64,000 bases of DNA from Candidatus Staskawiczbacteria bacterium. GTDB taxonomy: Bacteria > Patescibacteriota > Minisyncoccia > Minisyncoccales > Staskawiczbacteraceae. The position numbers and the translations under genes are program-made. The stretch is taken from NCBI GenBank assembly GCA_026395215.1, contig JAPLZC010000010.1, positions 7,371 to 71,370 on the forward strand, in the 5' to 3' direction. Positions 42,200-50,720 of this stretch are shown here, one piece after another; within the stretch, counting starts at the first letter, position 1, and every line of letters starts with the position of its first letter. The notes below the pieces were generated by a model that was not told the origin of the DNA, searched no databases, and saw nothing but the letters and a program-made list of their open reading frames with translations.

Positions 42200-44737
42200 C
42201 TAGTTAGTTTTTATTTTTAGCAATTTTAAAATCTCAAACCACAATAAGCTGATAAATGACATAATCGTAATGGTTGCATAATCCTTCAAACCAAGCGAAG
42301 CTAAATGGAAAAGGTCAGTAAAAAATGGGACATATAAAACTAAGGACAAGCATATTAAGGCGCCAACTATTACAATATATAATATTTTGTTAGCAGACAG
42401 CAATATTTTATGAATATTTTTACTCCAAGATAAATTAACAATAATTAACAGAAGATTAGAGATAACCAGCGCTGTAAATGCAAAAGCACGCGCCTCTGTT
42501 TCACTTTTGCCAGTTTTAACAGCAAAAACAAATAAAGCAAAAGTTGCTATTAAAATACCCAATCCCTGAAGTAAGCTAATTGAAACAATTTTATAATTGA
42601 ACATGTGTTGACGCAAGTTTCTTGGAGGCAATTTCATTATATTTTTATCTTCTTTTTCTGACTCAAAAACCGTTGAACACGCAGGATCTATAATAAGCTC
42701 TAAGAACGCAATATGGGCCGGCAACAATACCGGTGGAAAACCAAAAACTAATGGTAAAACAGACATTCCGGCAATAGGCACGTGAACCGCTAAAACGTAG
42801 CCCATAGCTCTTTTAAGATTGTCATAAATTCTTCTTCCCAGACGGACCGAGTCAACAATAGAGGAAAAATCATCGTTAAGTAAAACCAAAGCCGACGCTT
42901 CTCGGGCCACATCAGTTCCCCTTTCTCCCATGGCAATACCAATATGAGCAGATTTTAAAGCTGGCGCATCGTTTACTCCGTCTCCGGTCATTGCCACAAT
43001 TTCATCATTTGCTTTTAGCGCATTAACTATAAGTAATTTTTGCTCTGGAACAATTCTGGCAAAAATATTTACATCTTTTATTTTTTCTCTTAATTCAAGG
43101 TGATCTATTTTTTCCAAATCTTCTCCGGTCAAATATTTTTCTGGGTTTTTAATTCCTATTTTCTTAGCAACATACTGGGCGGTACCCGGATAATCTCCGG
43201 TAATCATAATAACTCTCATGCCAGCTTCATAAACCTCCTTTACCGCGTCAGCAGCTGACGAACGTACCGGATCAATAAACCCAAGAAGACCCAAAAATTC
43301 AAAATCAAAATCATGCTGATTGTCTGGCAAGTTACTTCCCCTATACAGGGCCTTAGCTACACCCAAAACGCGCATCCCTTTTTCTGACATTTCTTCTACT
43401 TTTTGTATAATTTCTTGCTTTTGGTTGTTATCACAGTGGCATAAATCCAAAACAGCCTCCGGAGCTCCCTTAGATGCAATAATTAAATCATTGTTTTCTT
43501 TTGCCTGCCACACATGTGACAACGCTAACAAATTTTTTGACAAAGGATATTCCTTTATTAGTTCAAACCCTTTATATTTATTTTCAGTATTTTTTAAATA
43601 TAACCCTCCCATCTTGTTTAATTCTTTCTCTATTGGATCAAAAGGGTCTTTTTGGCTGGCTAAAACTCCACACTCTAAAAGTAGCTCAAATTGTTCTGAC
43701 AAATCTGTTGTTGCACGATCACTCAATTCATAAAATGACCCTTCTACATATAAACTGCTCAACTCCATTCTATTTAACGTCAATGTACCGGTTTTATCGG
43801 TGCAAAGGACTGTTGCTGCCCCCAATGTCTCAATTGCCGCCGAACGCCTAGTAAGTACTTTTTTCTTAGAAATTCTCCAAGCTCCTAATGTTAAAAATAT
43901 TATCAGCACAACGGGGAATTCCTCAGGCAACATTGACATACTCAATGTTAAACCTGCCAATAAACCCGCCATTATATTGTTTTTGACAACTATATAAAAC
44001 ACAACTACAAATACGCAAACAATAAGCCCGAGAAAAGCCATAATTCTTACTATTTTTGCGGTTTCTTTGTGCAACAGTGTATCCTCATCTTTGATTTTCT
44101 CCAGGCTTTTACCAATTTTCCCTATTTCTGTTTTCAAACCAGTTGAAGTTACTTTAGCTGTGCCACGACCGCTTATTACCATTGAACCAGAATATACAAA
44201 CGGCAAATCGTCCCCTCCCGGCTTTTGTTGCTTGAGCTTTCCGTCCCAATCTATTTTTCTAACAGCAATTGATTCACCGGTTAAAAGAGACTCATCAACG
44301 CAAAGGTTTTCACATGACAAAACAACAGCATCGGCAGGCACCCTATCGCCTTCACGCATTATAATAATATCACCCCTAACCACCTCTCCTCCAGAAATTC
44401 TTTTTTGTTCTCCGTCTCTTATAACTAATGCTCTGGGACTTGATAAATCCCTTAAGGCCTCAAGAGTCTTTTCTGTTTTTCTCTCTTGATAAAATGTAAT
44501 TCCAATAACAACAATTACTGAAAAAACAAGCAACAAGGCGTCACCTTTTTCACCCATAAACAAGTAAATAGTTGCCGCAGCAACCAGCAAAAGAAGCATT
44601 GGCTCAGACAAAACCTTCAATAGCAGAAAAAAACCGCTTTGCTTTTTTTGCGAAGGTAATTCATTGGGCCCGTCTTTCTTAAAAATTTCGCTTGCCTCTT
44701 TTGTTGAGAGGCCAGAAAACACGTTATTTTGTTGCAT
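42200..44737 (-). CDS. P-type cation-transporting ATPase (P2-like).
   Basis: Motifs CTDKTGTLT, MITGD and MTGDGVNDAPALK. The start is re-set from TTG 44755 to ATG 44737. Confidence 0.9.
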   Translation of the reverse strand: MQQNNVFSGLSTKEASEIFKKDGPNELPSQKKQSGFFLLLKVLSEPMLLLLVAAATIYLFMGEKGDALLLVFSVIVVIGITFYQERKTEKTLEALRDLSSPRALVIRDGEQKRISGGEVVRGDIIIMREGDRVPADAVVLSCENLCVDESLLTGESIAVRKIDWDGKLKQQKPGGDDLPFVYSGSMVISGRGTAKVTSTGLKTEIGKIGKSLEKIKDEDTLLHKETAKIVRIMAFLGLIVCVFVVVFYIVVKNNIMAGLLAGLTLSMSMLPEEFPVVLIIFLTLGAWRISKKKVLTRRSAAIETLGAATVLCTDKTGTLTLNRMELSSLYVEGSFYELSDRATTDLSEQFELLLECGVLASQKDPFDPIEKELNKMGGLYLKNTENKYKGFELIKEYPLSKNLLALSHVWQAKENNDLIIASKGAPEAVLDLCHCDNNQKQEIIQKVEEMSEKGMRVLGVAKALYRGSNLPDNQHDFDFEFLGLLGFIDPVRSSAADAVKEVYEAGMRVIMITGDYPGTAQYVAKKIGIKNPEKYLTGEDLEKIDHLELREKIKDVNIFARIVPEQKLLIVNALKANDEIVAMTGDGVNDAPALKSAHIGIAMGERGTDVAREASALVLLNDDFSSIVDSVRLGRRIYDNLKRAMGYVLAVHVPIAGMSVLPLVFGFPPVLLPAHIAFLELIIDPACSTVFESEKEDKNIMKLPPRNLRQHMFNYKIVSISLLQGLGILIATFALFVFAVKTGKSETEARAFAFTALVISNLLLIIVNLSWSKNIHKILLSANKILYIVIVGALICLSLVLYVPFFTDLFHLASLGLKDYATITIMSFISLLWFEILKLLKIKTN

Positions 44738-44846
44738 TTTATTTAATCCTACCAAAAAACCCTCGCCCTGTCGAATAACGGGGCCCTCAATTAGAAGATG
44801 TTTTTAATGACAGAACTTACCACATCCTTCAGTTTAATGTAGTTTT

Positions 44847-45890
44847 CTAATCGCCTTTATGAACTTTATCTCTTATTGAAATATAAATATCTAAAAAAGC
44901 AAAAAGAAGACTTATGGTAAGGGGTCCTAATAAAAGGCCAATCGGTCCAAAAAGCATTATTCCTCCAACAACAGAAAGGAAAATAATTAAAGGGTGAATT
45001 TTTATACCCCTGCCAATAAGTATTGGTCTTAAAAGACCGTCTACGGGTCCCACTATCGCCAACCCCCAAACTAAAAGCCCAAGAGCTAAAAAAATATTTC
45101 CTGTTAGAAAAACAAAAACAATTGCCGGGATTAATATAATTGATGTCCCTAAACCGGGGACAAGAGAAACTATTGTGGCTACAATTCCCCATAGTATAAT
45201 ATTAGGAACTCCAAAAATGGCAAACCCAATTGCAACTAAAGCTCCCTGGATAAGTGCCACAATAAGACCGCCCTTAATTACTGAATTTATTGCAACTTTA
45301 ATTTTTTTAAATATCGCTTCATCGTCAGTATCATCCAATGGGCTTAATTTAGTAACAATTTTTTTAAGTTCCGGCCCGTCTTTAAGAGCATAATACGTGA
45401 TAAAAATGAAAATTAAAAAATTAAATAGTAATCCTAAAGCGTTACTAAACGTGCTACTAAAATGGTTAAGCAACCACGCTAATCCTTGCTCAATATATTT
45501 AGTAACGTCAATGAACAGTGTTTTTTCAAAAGGAAAATATTTTTGATAGCTACTCACCAAACTGTTTGAAATACTGGTAAAAGTGTTTCTCCCGCTATCA
45601 CCTATAATAAAAAAATAGAACTGTTGGGCTTCCTTAAAAATATTTATCCCTAAAAATATAACTGGTATTAAAATGGTTACTACAATAACTATGGTTGTAA
45701 ATAAAGCTGCCAGCCCCTTTCTGCCACGAGAAAAATTTAATATTTTTTGATGAATCGGTTGAAAAATAATAGCGCATACTAGTGCCAAAATACCAGCATA
45801 AATAAATGGTCGCAAAATAAAAAAAGCAAAAATAAGAACTCCAAAAAGAAGAGCCAATAAAAAATAATGTTGTAGATTTTTATTATTCAT
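44847..45890 (-). CDS. AI-2E/PerM (UPF0118) family transporter.
   Basis: Polytopic, with a family-like pattern. The track start at 45914 is TTG; the first ATG is at 45890. Confidence 0.65.
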   Translation of the reverse strand: MNNKNLQHYFLLALLFGVLIFAFFILRPFIYAGILALVCAIIFQPIHQKILNFSRGRKGLAALFTTIVIVVTILIPVIFLGINIFKEAQQFYFFIIGDSGRNTFTSISNSLVSSYQKYFPFEKTLFIDVTKYIEQGLAWLLNHFSSTFSNALGLLFNFLIFIFITYYALKDGPELKKIVTKLSPLDDTDDEAIFKKIKVAINSVIKGGLIVALIQGALVAIGFAIFGVPNIILWGIVATIVSLVPGLGTSIILIPAIVFVFLTGNIFLALGLLVWGLAIVGPVDGLLRPILIGRGIKIHPLIIFLSVVGGIMLFGPIGLLLGPLTISLLFAFLDIYISIRDKVHKGD

Positions 45891-45915
45891 ATGATTGATT
45901 ACTCTATTATACAAC

Positions 45916-45940
45916 TAAAAAGCCGTTATTGAAACGGCTT
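45916..45940 (-). terminator. Terminator after tRNA-Asp.
   Basis: The minus strand reads AGCCGTTtcaatAACGGCTttttt. Confidence 0.7.
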
Positions 45941-45950
45941 TTGGCTTTTG

Positions 45951-46026
45951 CGCGGGCGACGGGATTTGAACCCGTGATCTCTCCCGTGACAGGGGAGCAT
46001 TCTAAACCAGGCTGAACTACGCCCGC
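45951..46026 (-). tRNA. tRNA-Asp (GUC).
   Basis: A manual cloverleaf gives: acceptor GCGGGCG/CGCCCGC, anticodon arm CTCCC-CTGTCAC-GGGAG, T arm ACGGG-TTCAAAT-CCCGT. 76 nt; CCA is not encoded. Confidence 0.9.
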
Positions 46027-46071
46027 ATCTCGGCTACTACCTCGATGTAAACTATCAATGTAGCCTATTGA

Positions 46072-46284
46072 TTAAAACCTCTTTTTTCTTTCCTTCTCTC
46101 TTTTCGCTGCTTCTTCTCTAGTCAAAAATTCTTCTGAATATACTAATCTAACAGGAACTTTACTTTTTTGCAAACAAGATTTTATTCTTGAATTATGTTC
46201 TTCTATTCGTTTCGCTATACTCCATGTAATGCCAGTGTAATAAGAATTATCTTTACATTTAATTATATATACAAAACATTTCAT
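46072..46284 (-). CDS. Small GIY-YIG (URI-domain) nuclease-family protein.
   Basis: Motif FVYIIKCKDNSYYTGIT ... RIEEHN. Confidence 0.75.
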   Translation of the reverse strand: MKCFVYIIKCKDNSYYTGITWSIAKRIEEHNSRIKSCLQKSKVPVRLVYSEEFLTREEAAKREKERKKRF

Positions 46285-46321
46285 TTTTTTAGTTTACGCT
46301 GAGGAGTGAAACGACGAAGTG

Positions 46322-46393
46322 TGCCGACGGCAAGAATCGGACTTGCGACCATAGCCTTATGAAGACTCCGCTCTACCACTGAGCTACGCCGGC
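46322..46393 (-). tRNA. tRNA with CAU anticodon (Met or Ile2); atypical T-loop.
   Basis: Acceptor GCCGGCG/CGTCGGC, D arm GCTC-AGTGGTA-GAGC, anticodon loop TTCATAA, T arm GCAAG-TCCGATT-CTTGC. Confidence 0.7.
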
Positions 46394-46404
46394 ATCTTGG
46401 CAGT

Positions 46405-46680
46405 TCACAGCGAGCTATTCACTGCGAGCTGGCCTCGATGTAAACTTTTCAAAAACTCTATCTTTTTCTTGCGCGTCCAACTTTTAATCTCTCTTTCTCT
46501 TCTTAACGCTACTATCTTATTATCATATTTTTCAAAAAATACAATTCTCACTGCAATGTGAGACCTAGTATACTTACTTGCCTTCCCAGCCTTGTGCTTC
46601 TCAAACCGCTTTTTCAAATCATTGGTTGAACCAGTATACAAAGATCCATCCTTACATTTGATTATATATACAAACCACAT
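46405..46680 (-). CDS. Small GIY-YIG (URI-domain) nuclease-family protein (paralogue).
   Basis: Motif FVYIIKCKDGSLYTGSTNDLKKRFEKH. Confidence 0.75.
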   Translation of the reverse strand: MWFVYIIKCKDGSLYTGSTNDLKKRFEKHKAGKASKYTRSHIAVRIVFFEKYDNKIVALRREREIKSWTRKKKIEFLKSLHRGQLAVNSSL

Positions 46681-46685
46681 ATTTG

Positions 46686-46756
46686 TTGGGTCGCTCCGAA
46701 TTGCACGGAGGCCTGCAGCTTATGAGACTGCCGAGGTACTACTCCTCCACGACCCA
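46686..46756 (-). tRNA. Second CAU-anticodon tRNA-like gene with atypical D- and T-loops.
   Basis: Acceptor TGGGTCG/CGACCCA, D arm GAGG-AGTAGTA-CCTC, anticodon arm GCAGT-CTCATAA-GCTGC, T arm CTCCG-TGCAATT-CGGAG. Confidence 0.55.
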
Positions 46757-46822
46757 ATGCCTTTACATAGCAATCTATGTAATACTAATTACTTTACCAC
46801 AAAAAAAGGGTATAATCAAGCT

Positions 46823-48229
46823 ATGAAAATAAATTTTTTAGGAGCAGCTCAAAATGTAACCGGTTCTAAACATTTAATTAATGTACAAGGGTACAATTTA
46901 CTTTTAGATTGCGGAATGTACCAAGGCAAAAGAGAAGAATCAAATCGCCAAAATAGCACACTTCCTTTCTTGGCTACAGACATAAATGCCGTCATACTTT
47001 CTCATGCGCATTTAGACCACTGTGGAACTTTGCCAATTTTAGTAAAACAAGGTTTTGCCGGAAAAATTTACTGCACTCCCGCAACTGCCGAAATAGCAAG
47101 ATATATTTTATTAGATGCAGCCGAAATACAAAAACAAGACTGCCTGTATTTTAACAGCCATTTGCAAGAAGGTGAAAATGAAATTTTTCCAATTTACACT
47201 GCAGACGATGTTCAAAAAGTTATTGAATGTTTTGAACCCATAGAATACTTTAGAAACACTAATCAGTGGACAACCCTAAATGAAAATATTCGGTTTAAGC
47301 TTTATGACGCCGGACATATTTTAGGTTCTTCTATAATATTTTTAGAAATTACCGAAGGCGCCACAATTAAAACGCTTGCCTTTACCGGGGATTTAGGTAG
47401 GGAGCGCTCGCCTATTTTATGTTCACCAGAATATGTAACAGAAAACGTACAAACACTTATTGCAGAATGTACTTATGGCGACAGAAACCACAGACCGCTT
47501 TCAGATGCAACTTCAGACTTTAAAAATGTAATTAATGCTGTTATAAAAACCAAAGGTAAAATTATCCTTCCCGCATTTTCTTTGGGCAGAACGCAAGAAA
47601 TTATTTACACGTTGCACAAACTTTTAGATGAAAAATTAATTCCTTCTCTTCCAATTTATGTAGACAGCCCGTTGGCTGAAAATATTACTGAAATTTTCCC
47701 AAAATTTATTAAAGATTTTGATAAAGATTTTTGGAAAGATTTTGGCAACCGCGGAGAATCACCATTTTCATTAAAAAACCTAACTTATACAAAATCCAGT
47801 GAAGAATCAAAAGCCTTAAACAATATGAAAGGCCCCCTAATAATTATTTCTGCTTCGGGAATGTGTGAAGGCGGAAGAGTTTTACACCACCTAAAAAACG
47901 CTATAGAAAATCCGCAGAATATAATTTTATTGGTAGGATACCAGGCAGAAAATACTTTGGGTAGGAAACTGCAAGATGGCATAAGTCCGGTAAAAATATA
48001 CGGAAAAAGTTATAATGTAAAAGCTCAAATAAAAACCTTAAATGAATTCTCCGCCCATGCCGACCAAAACGATTTATTATTATATATCTCAAACGTAAAA
48101 AATCTACAAAAAATATTTTTAGTCCACACCGAACCCTCTCAATCCACCGCCTTCAAAGCTATATTAGAAAAAACCTATCCATCTCTGCCCATTGAAATCC
48201 CAAATATGGGAGACTCTTTTGAAGTATAA
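46823..48229 (+). CDS. MBL-fold beta-CASP family hydrolase (RNA-metabolising type).
   Basis: Motif HAHLDHCG and the beta-CASP C-terminal FSAHAD. The start is re-set to ATG 46823; the track extension overlaps a tRNA and a GIY-YIG gene. Confidence 0.8.
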   Translation: MKINFLGAAQNVTGSKHLINVQGYNLLLDCGMYQGKREESNRQNSTLPFLATDINAVILSHAHLDHCGTLPILVKQGFAGKIYCTPATAEIARYILLDAAEIQKQDCLYFNSHLQEGENEIFPIYTADDVQKVIECFEPIEYFRNTNQWTTLNENIRFKLYDAGHILGSSIIFLEITEGATIKTLAFTGDLGRERSPILCSPEYVTENVQTLIAECTYGDRNHRPLSDATSDFKNVINAVIKTKGKIILPAFSLGRTQEIIYTLHKLLDEKLIPSLPIYVDSPLAENITEIFPKFIKDFDKDFWKDFGNRGESPFSLKNLTYTKSSEESKALNNMKGPLIIISASGMCEGGRVLHHLKNAIENPQNIILLVGYQAENTLGRKLQDGISPVKIYGKSYNVKAQIKTLNEFSAHADQNDLLLYISNVKNLQKIFLVHTEPSQSTAFKAILEKTYPSLPIEIPNMGDSFEV

Positions 48230-48286
48230 AAAGAGGGCTCGTTTGCACGAGCCCATTGGGTTCAGATTAGAAAAAGTCCTGTTGGA

Positions 48287-48751
48287 CTAAACAGCGCGCG
48301 CGTGGCGCCTAACGTCGACGAATTTCGCTGTGACAGTCACGGCACCAACTCCGTGGCGTATCACCATATTGTACATGCTGCCTTTCTGCTCTTTGGCACG
48401 ATTCAGCGCCTCAGCGGCAGTCAGGGGCCCTTGTGTAGGCTGATCCTTGGCCGATGCCTGTCCAGGGCAAAAGTGCCGAGAATCTGACCTGAGAAAAACA
48501 TTCAGATCCATCGTTCGGAAATGATCCCGCCACACACGGCGATCAACGCCATGGACATAGCGCCTTGCGCGTTTGTCGGTGACAGGAATCTTCTCAGGAT
48601 CCCGCCCGTGGCCGAAGGGTCGGGTGAGCTTGAGGTCGGTAAAGACCTGAACGAACACGTCGTGAGGCAACTGTCTGATGACATCCTTGGGCAACTCTCT
48701 GAACGCCGCCCTTTGCGCCCTCAAAGCTCTCCGGCGATCAGCACGGGTCAT
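48287..48751 (-). CDS. Hypothetical Arg-rich protein in a GC-rich island.
   Basis: 154 aa, family unknown. A hand count gives 55% G+C over 48301-48400. Confidence 0.45.
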   Translation of the reverse strand: MTRADRRRALRAQRAAFRELPKDVIRQLPHDVFVQVFTDLKLTRPFGHGRDPEKIPVTDKRARRYVHGVDRRVWRDHFRTMDLNVFLRSDSRHFCPGQASAKDQPTQGPLTAAEALNRAKEQKGSMYNMVIRHGVGAVTVTAKFVDVRRHARAV

Positions 48752-48813
48752 ATCCTTTGTTGAAGGCGGGGAAGCGCCCCTTTTGCCTTAATCATCTCAA
48801 TCAATTCTTCCAT
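48748..48813 (-). CDS. Possible 21-aa upstream micro-ORF (MEELIEMIKAKGALPRLQQRI).
   Basis: RBS aaaggag lies 9 nt upstream. Its stop overlaps the next ATG as ATGA. Confidence 0.3.
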   Translation of the reverse strand: MEELIEMIKAKGALPRLQQRI

Positions 48814-48880
48814 CTCAGCTACTCCTTTGTTGCTGTAATTTGCTTATCTAATCATTTCAAAGAACCATTTTATATTATAT

Positions 48881-48909
48881 AATATACACCTATTCTTGTC
48901 TATTGTCAA
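48881..48909 (-). promoter_or_regulatory. Sigma70-type promoter for the island operon.
   Basis: The minus strand reads TTGACA-atagacaagaataggtg(17)-TATATT. Confidence 0.65.
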
Positions 48910-48919
48910 TACCAAAAAC

Positions 48920-50719
48920 TTACGCACGAAATACTTCTAAGAAGGCTTTTGTGGGCACATTTACTGTACCTTTGGCCTTCATTAACTTTTTACCTTTTTT
49001 CTGTTTGTCTCTTAGCTTGTTCTTTCTGGTTATATCTCCCCCATACAAATACCCTGCAACATCTTTCATGTAGGCCTTAATTGTTTCTCTTGCAATAACC
49101 TTTCCACCAATAACCGCCTGTAAAGCAACTGTAAATTGTTCGGGTGGCAAAACGTCTTTCAATTTTTCAACCATTTTCTTTCCCTCAAAATATGCTTCAT
49201 CTTCAGAAACAATTCTTGAAAATGCTTCCTCTTTTTTTCCTGCTACCCAAATTTCCATTTTAACCAATTTACCCGGCCTGTATCCTAAAAGGTTATAACT
49301 CATTGACGCATATCCCTGGCTGGCAGTTTTTATTTTGTCGTAAAGATTTGCAATAATTCCACGCAATGGAGTCTCAAAAATTATAATTACTCTTTCCGGG
49401 CTAAGATAAGTTGTTTCTATATAATTACCTTTTAAAGTCTTTAAAAGATCCATTAACTTTCCTATTTGATTTGCCGGAGCAATAACTTCTAAAGAAACCC
49501 ATGGCTCTTCTGTATTTTTTATTTTAGATTGATCTGGCCAGTCAGCTGCCGAATAAATAATAATTTCTTTTCCTTTTTGGTCAAAAACTTTATAGACAAC
49601 CGATGGCGTAGAAATAACCAAATTCAAACCAAACTCTCTTGCCAGTCTTTCAGAAATAATTTCTATGTGCAAAGTTCCCAAAAATCCACAGTTAAATCCC
49701 CTACCCAAGGCTTCTTTCATTTCTTGTTCAAAAACAAGCGCAGGATCTGATAGTTTTAATTTTGAAAGCGCCACTTTTAATAAATCAAAATCTTCCGGAT
49801 TTTCAGGATATAAACTGGCAAAAACCATTGGTTTTGGTTTTTGATACCCCGGTAATGCCTCAACACTGCCTCTTGTATTTATATTTTGTAATTTAATAAT
49901 TGTGTCTCCGGCAGTAACCTTTCCCGGTTCTTTAATTCCGGTTGCAATATATCCAATATCCCCCGCTTTAATTTTTGGTTGAGCTGAAAATGTTGGATTT
50001 AAATATCCAAGCTCTTTTACTTCGGCCAACGCGCTAGTTGCCATTAACTCAATTTTTTCTCCATTAGAAATTTCTCCGTCAACAACGCGTACAAACGCAA
50101 TAACTCCTTTAAATGAATCATATTCAGAATCAAAAATAAGTGCCCTAAAATCATTTATAGTGCTTTCTTTTGGAGGCGGTACTTGTTCAATGACTGCTTT
50201 CAAAACCAAATCAACGTTTGTGCCGTCTTTTGCAGAAATTTTTATTATGTCTTCGGGAAAGACCTGCAAAAGATTTGCCAACTCTTCAACTGTTTCATCT
50301 ACTCTTGCTATTGGGCTGTCTATTTTATTTATAACAGGAATAATTTTTAAGTTTTGCTTTTTGGCCAATTCCAGGTTAGCCAATGTTTGTGCTTGAATTC
50401 CCTGCGTGGCATCAACCAATAAAATTGCTCCTTCCACCGCCTCCATGGATCTTGAAACCTCGTAAGAAAAATCTACGTGGCCGGGAGTATCAACCAAGTT
50501 CAAAATATATTCTTTGCCGCCAAAACTATAATTCATTCTAATGGCTTTGAGTTTTATAGTAATCCCCTTTTCCCTTTCCAAATCCATAGAATCTAAAAAC
50601 TGAGGCATCATTTTTTTGGGATCAATTGTCCCCGTCAACTCCAAAAGCCTATCGGCCAGCGTAGACTTTCCATGGTCAATATGAGCAATAATACTAAAGT
50701 TTCTTATATTTTCTTGCAT
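48920..50719 (-). CDS. lepA: Translation elongation factor 4.
   Basis: Motif NFSIIAHIDHGKSTLADRLL; 599 aa with a typical LepA C-terminus. Confidence 0.95.
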   Translation of the reverse strand: MQENIRNFSIIAHIDHGKSTLADRLLELTGTIDPKKMMPQFLDSMDLEREKGITIKLKAIRMNYSFGGKEYILNLVDTPGHVDFSYEVSRSMEAVEGAILLVDATQGIQAQTLANLELAKKQNLKIIPVINKIDSPIARVDETVEELANLLQVFPEDIIKISAKDGTNVDLVLKAVIEQVPPPKESTINDFRALIFDSEYDSFKGVIAFVRVVDGEISNGEKIELMATSALAEVKELGYLNPTFSAQPKIKAGDIGYIATGIKEPGKVTAGDTIIKLQNINTRGSVEALPGYQKPKPMVFASLYPENPEDFDLLKVALSKLKLSDPALVFEQEMKEALGRGFNCGFLGTLHIEIISERLAREFGLNLVISTPSVVYKVFDQKGKEIIIYSAADWPDQSKIKNTEEPWVSLEVIAPANQIGKLMDLLKTLKGNYIETTYLSPERVIIIFETPLRGIIANLYDKIKTASQGYASMSYNLLGYRPGKLVKMEIWVAGKKEEAFSRIVSEDEAYFEGKKMVEKLKDVLPPEQFTVALQAVIGGKVIARETIKAYMKDVAGYLYGGDITRKNKLRDKQKKGKKLMKAKGTVNVPTKAFLEVFRA

Positions 50720-50720
50720 A

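Noticed and set aside
45951-46756. The tRNA cluster as an integration site of a prophage or genomic island.
   Set aside because: No integrase, att-like direct repeat of a tRNA 3' end, or phage genes are seen nearby. Only the small GIY-YIG ORFs are present.
46592-46822. The 5' extension of track ORF 46592..48229.
   Set aside because: The extension overlaps the GIY-YIG gene and a tRNA on the other strand. The conserved MBL N-terminus begins at ATG 46823, directly after a TATAAT box.
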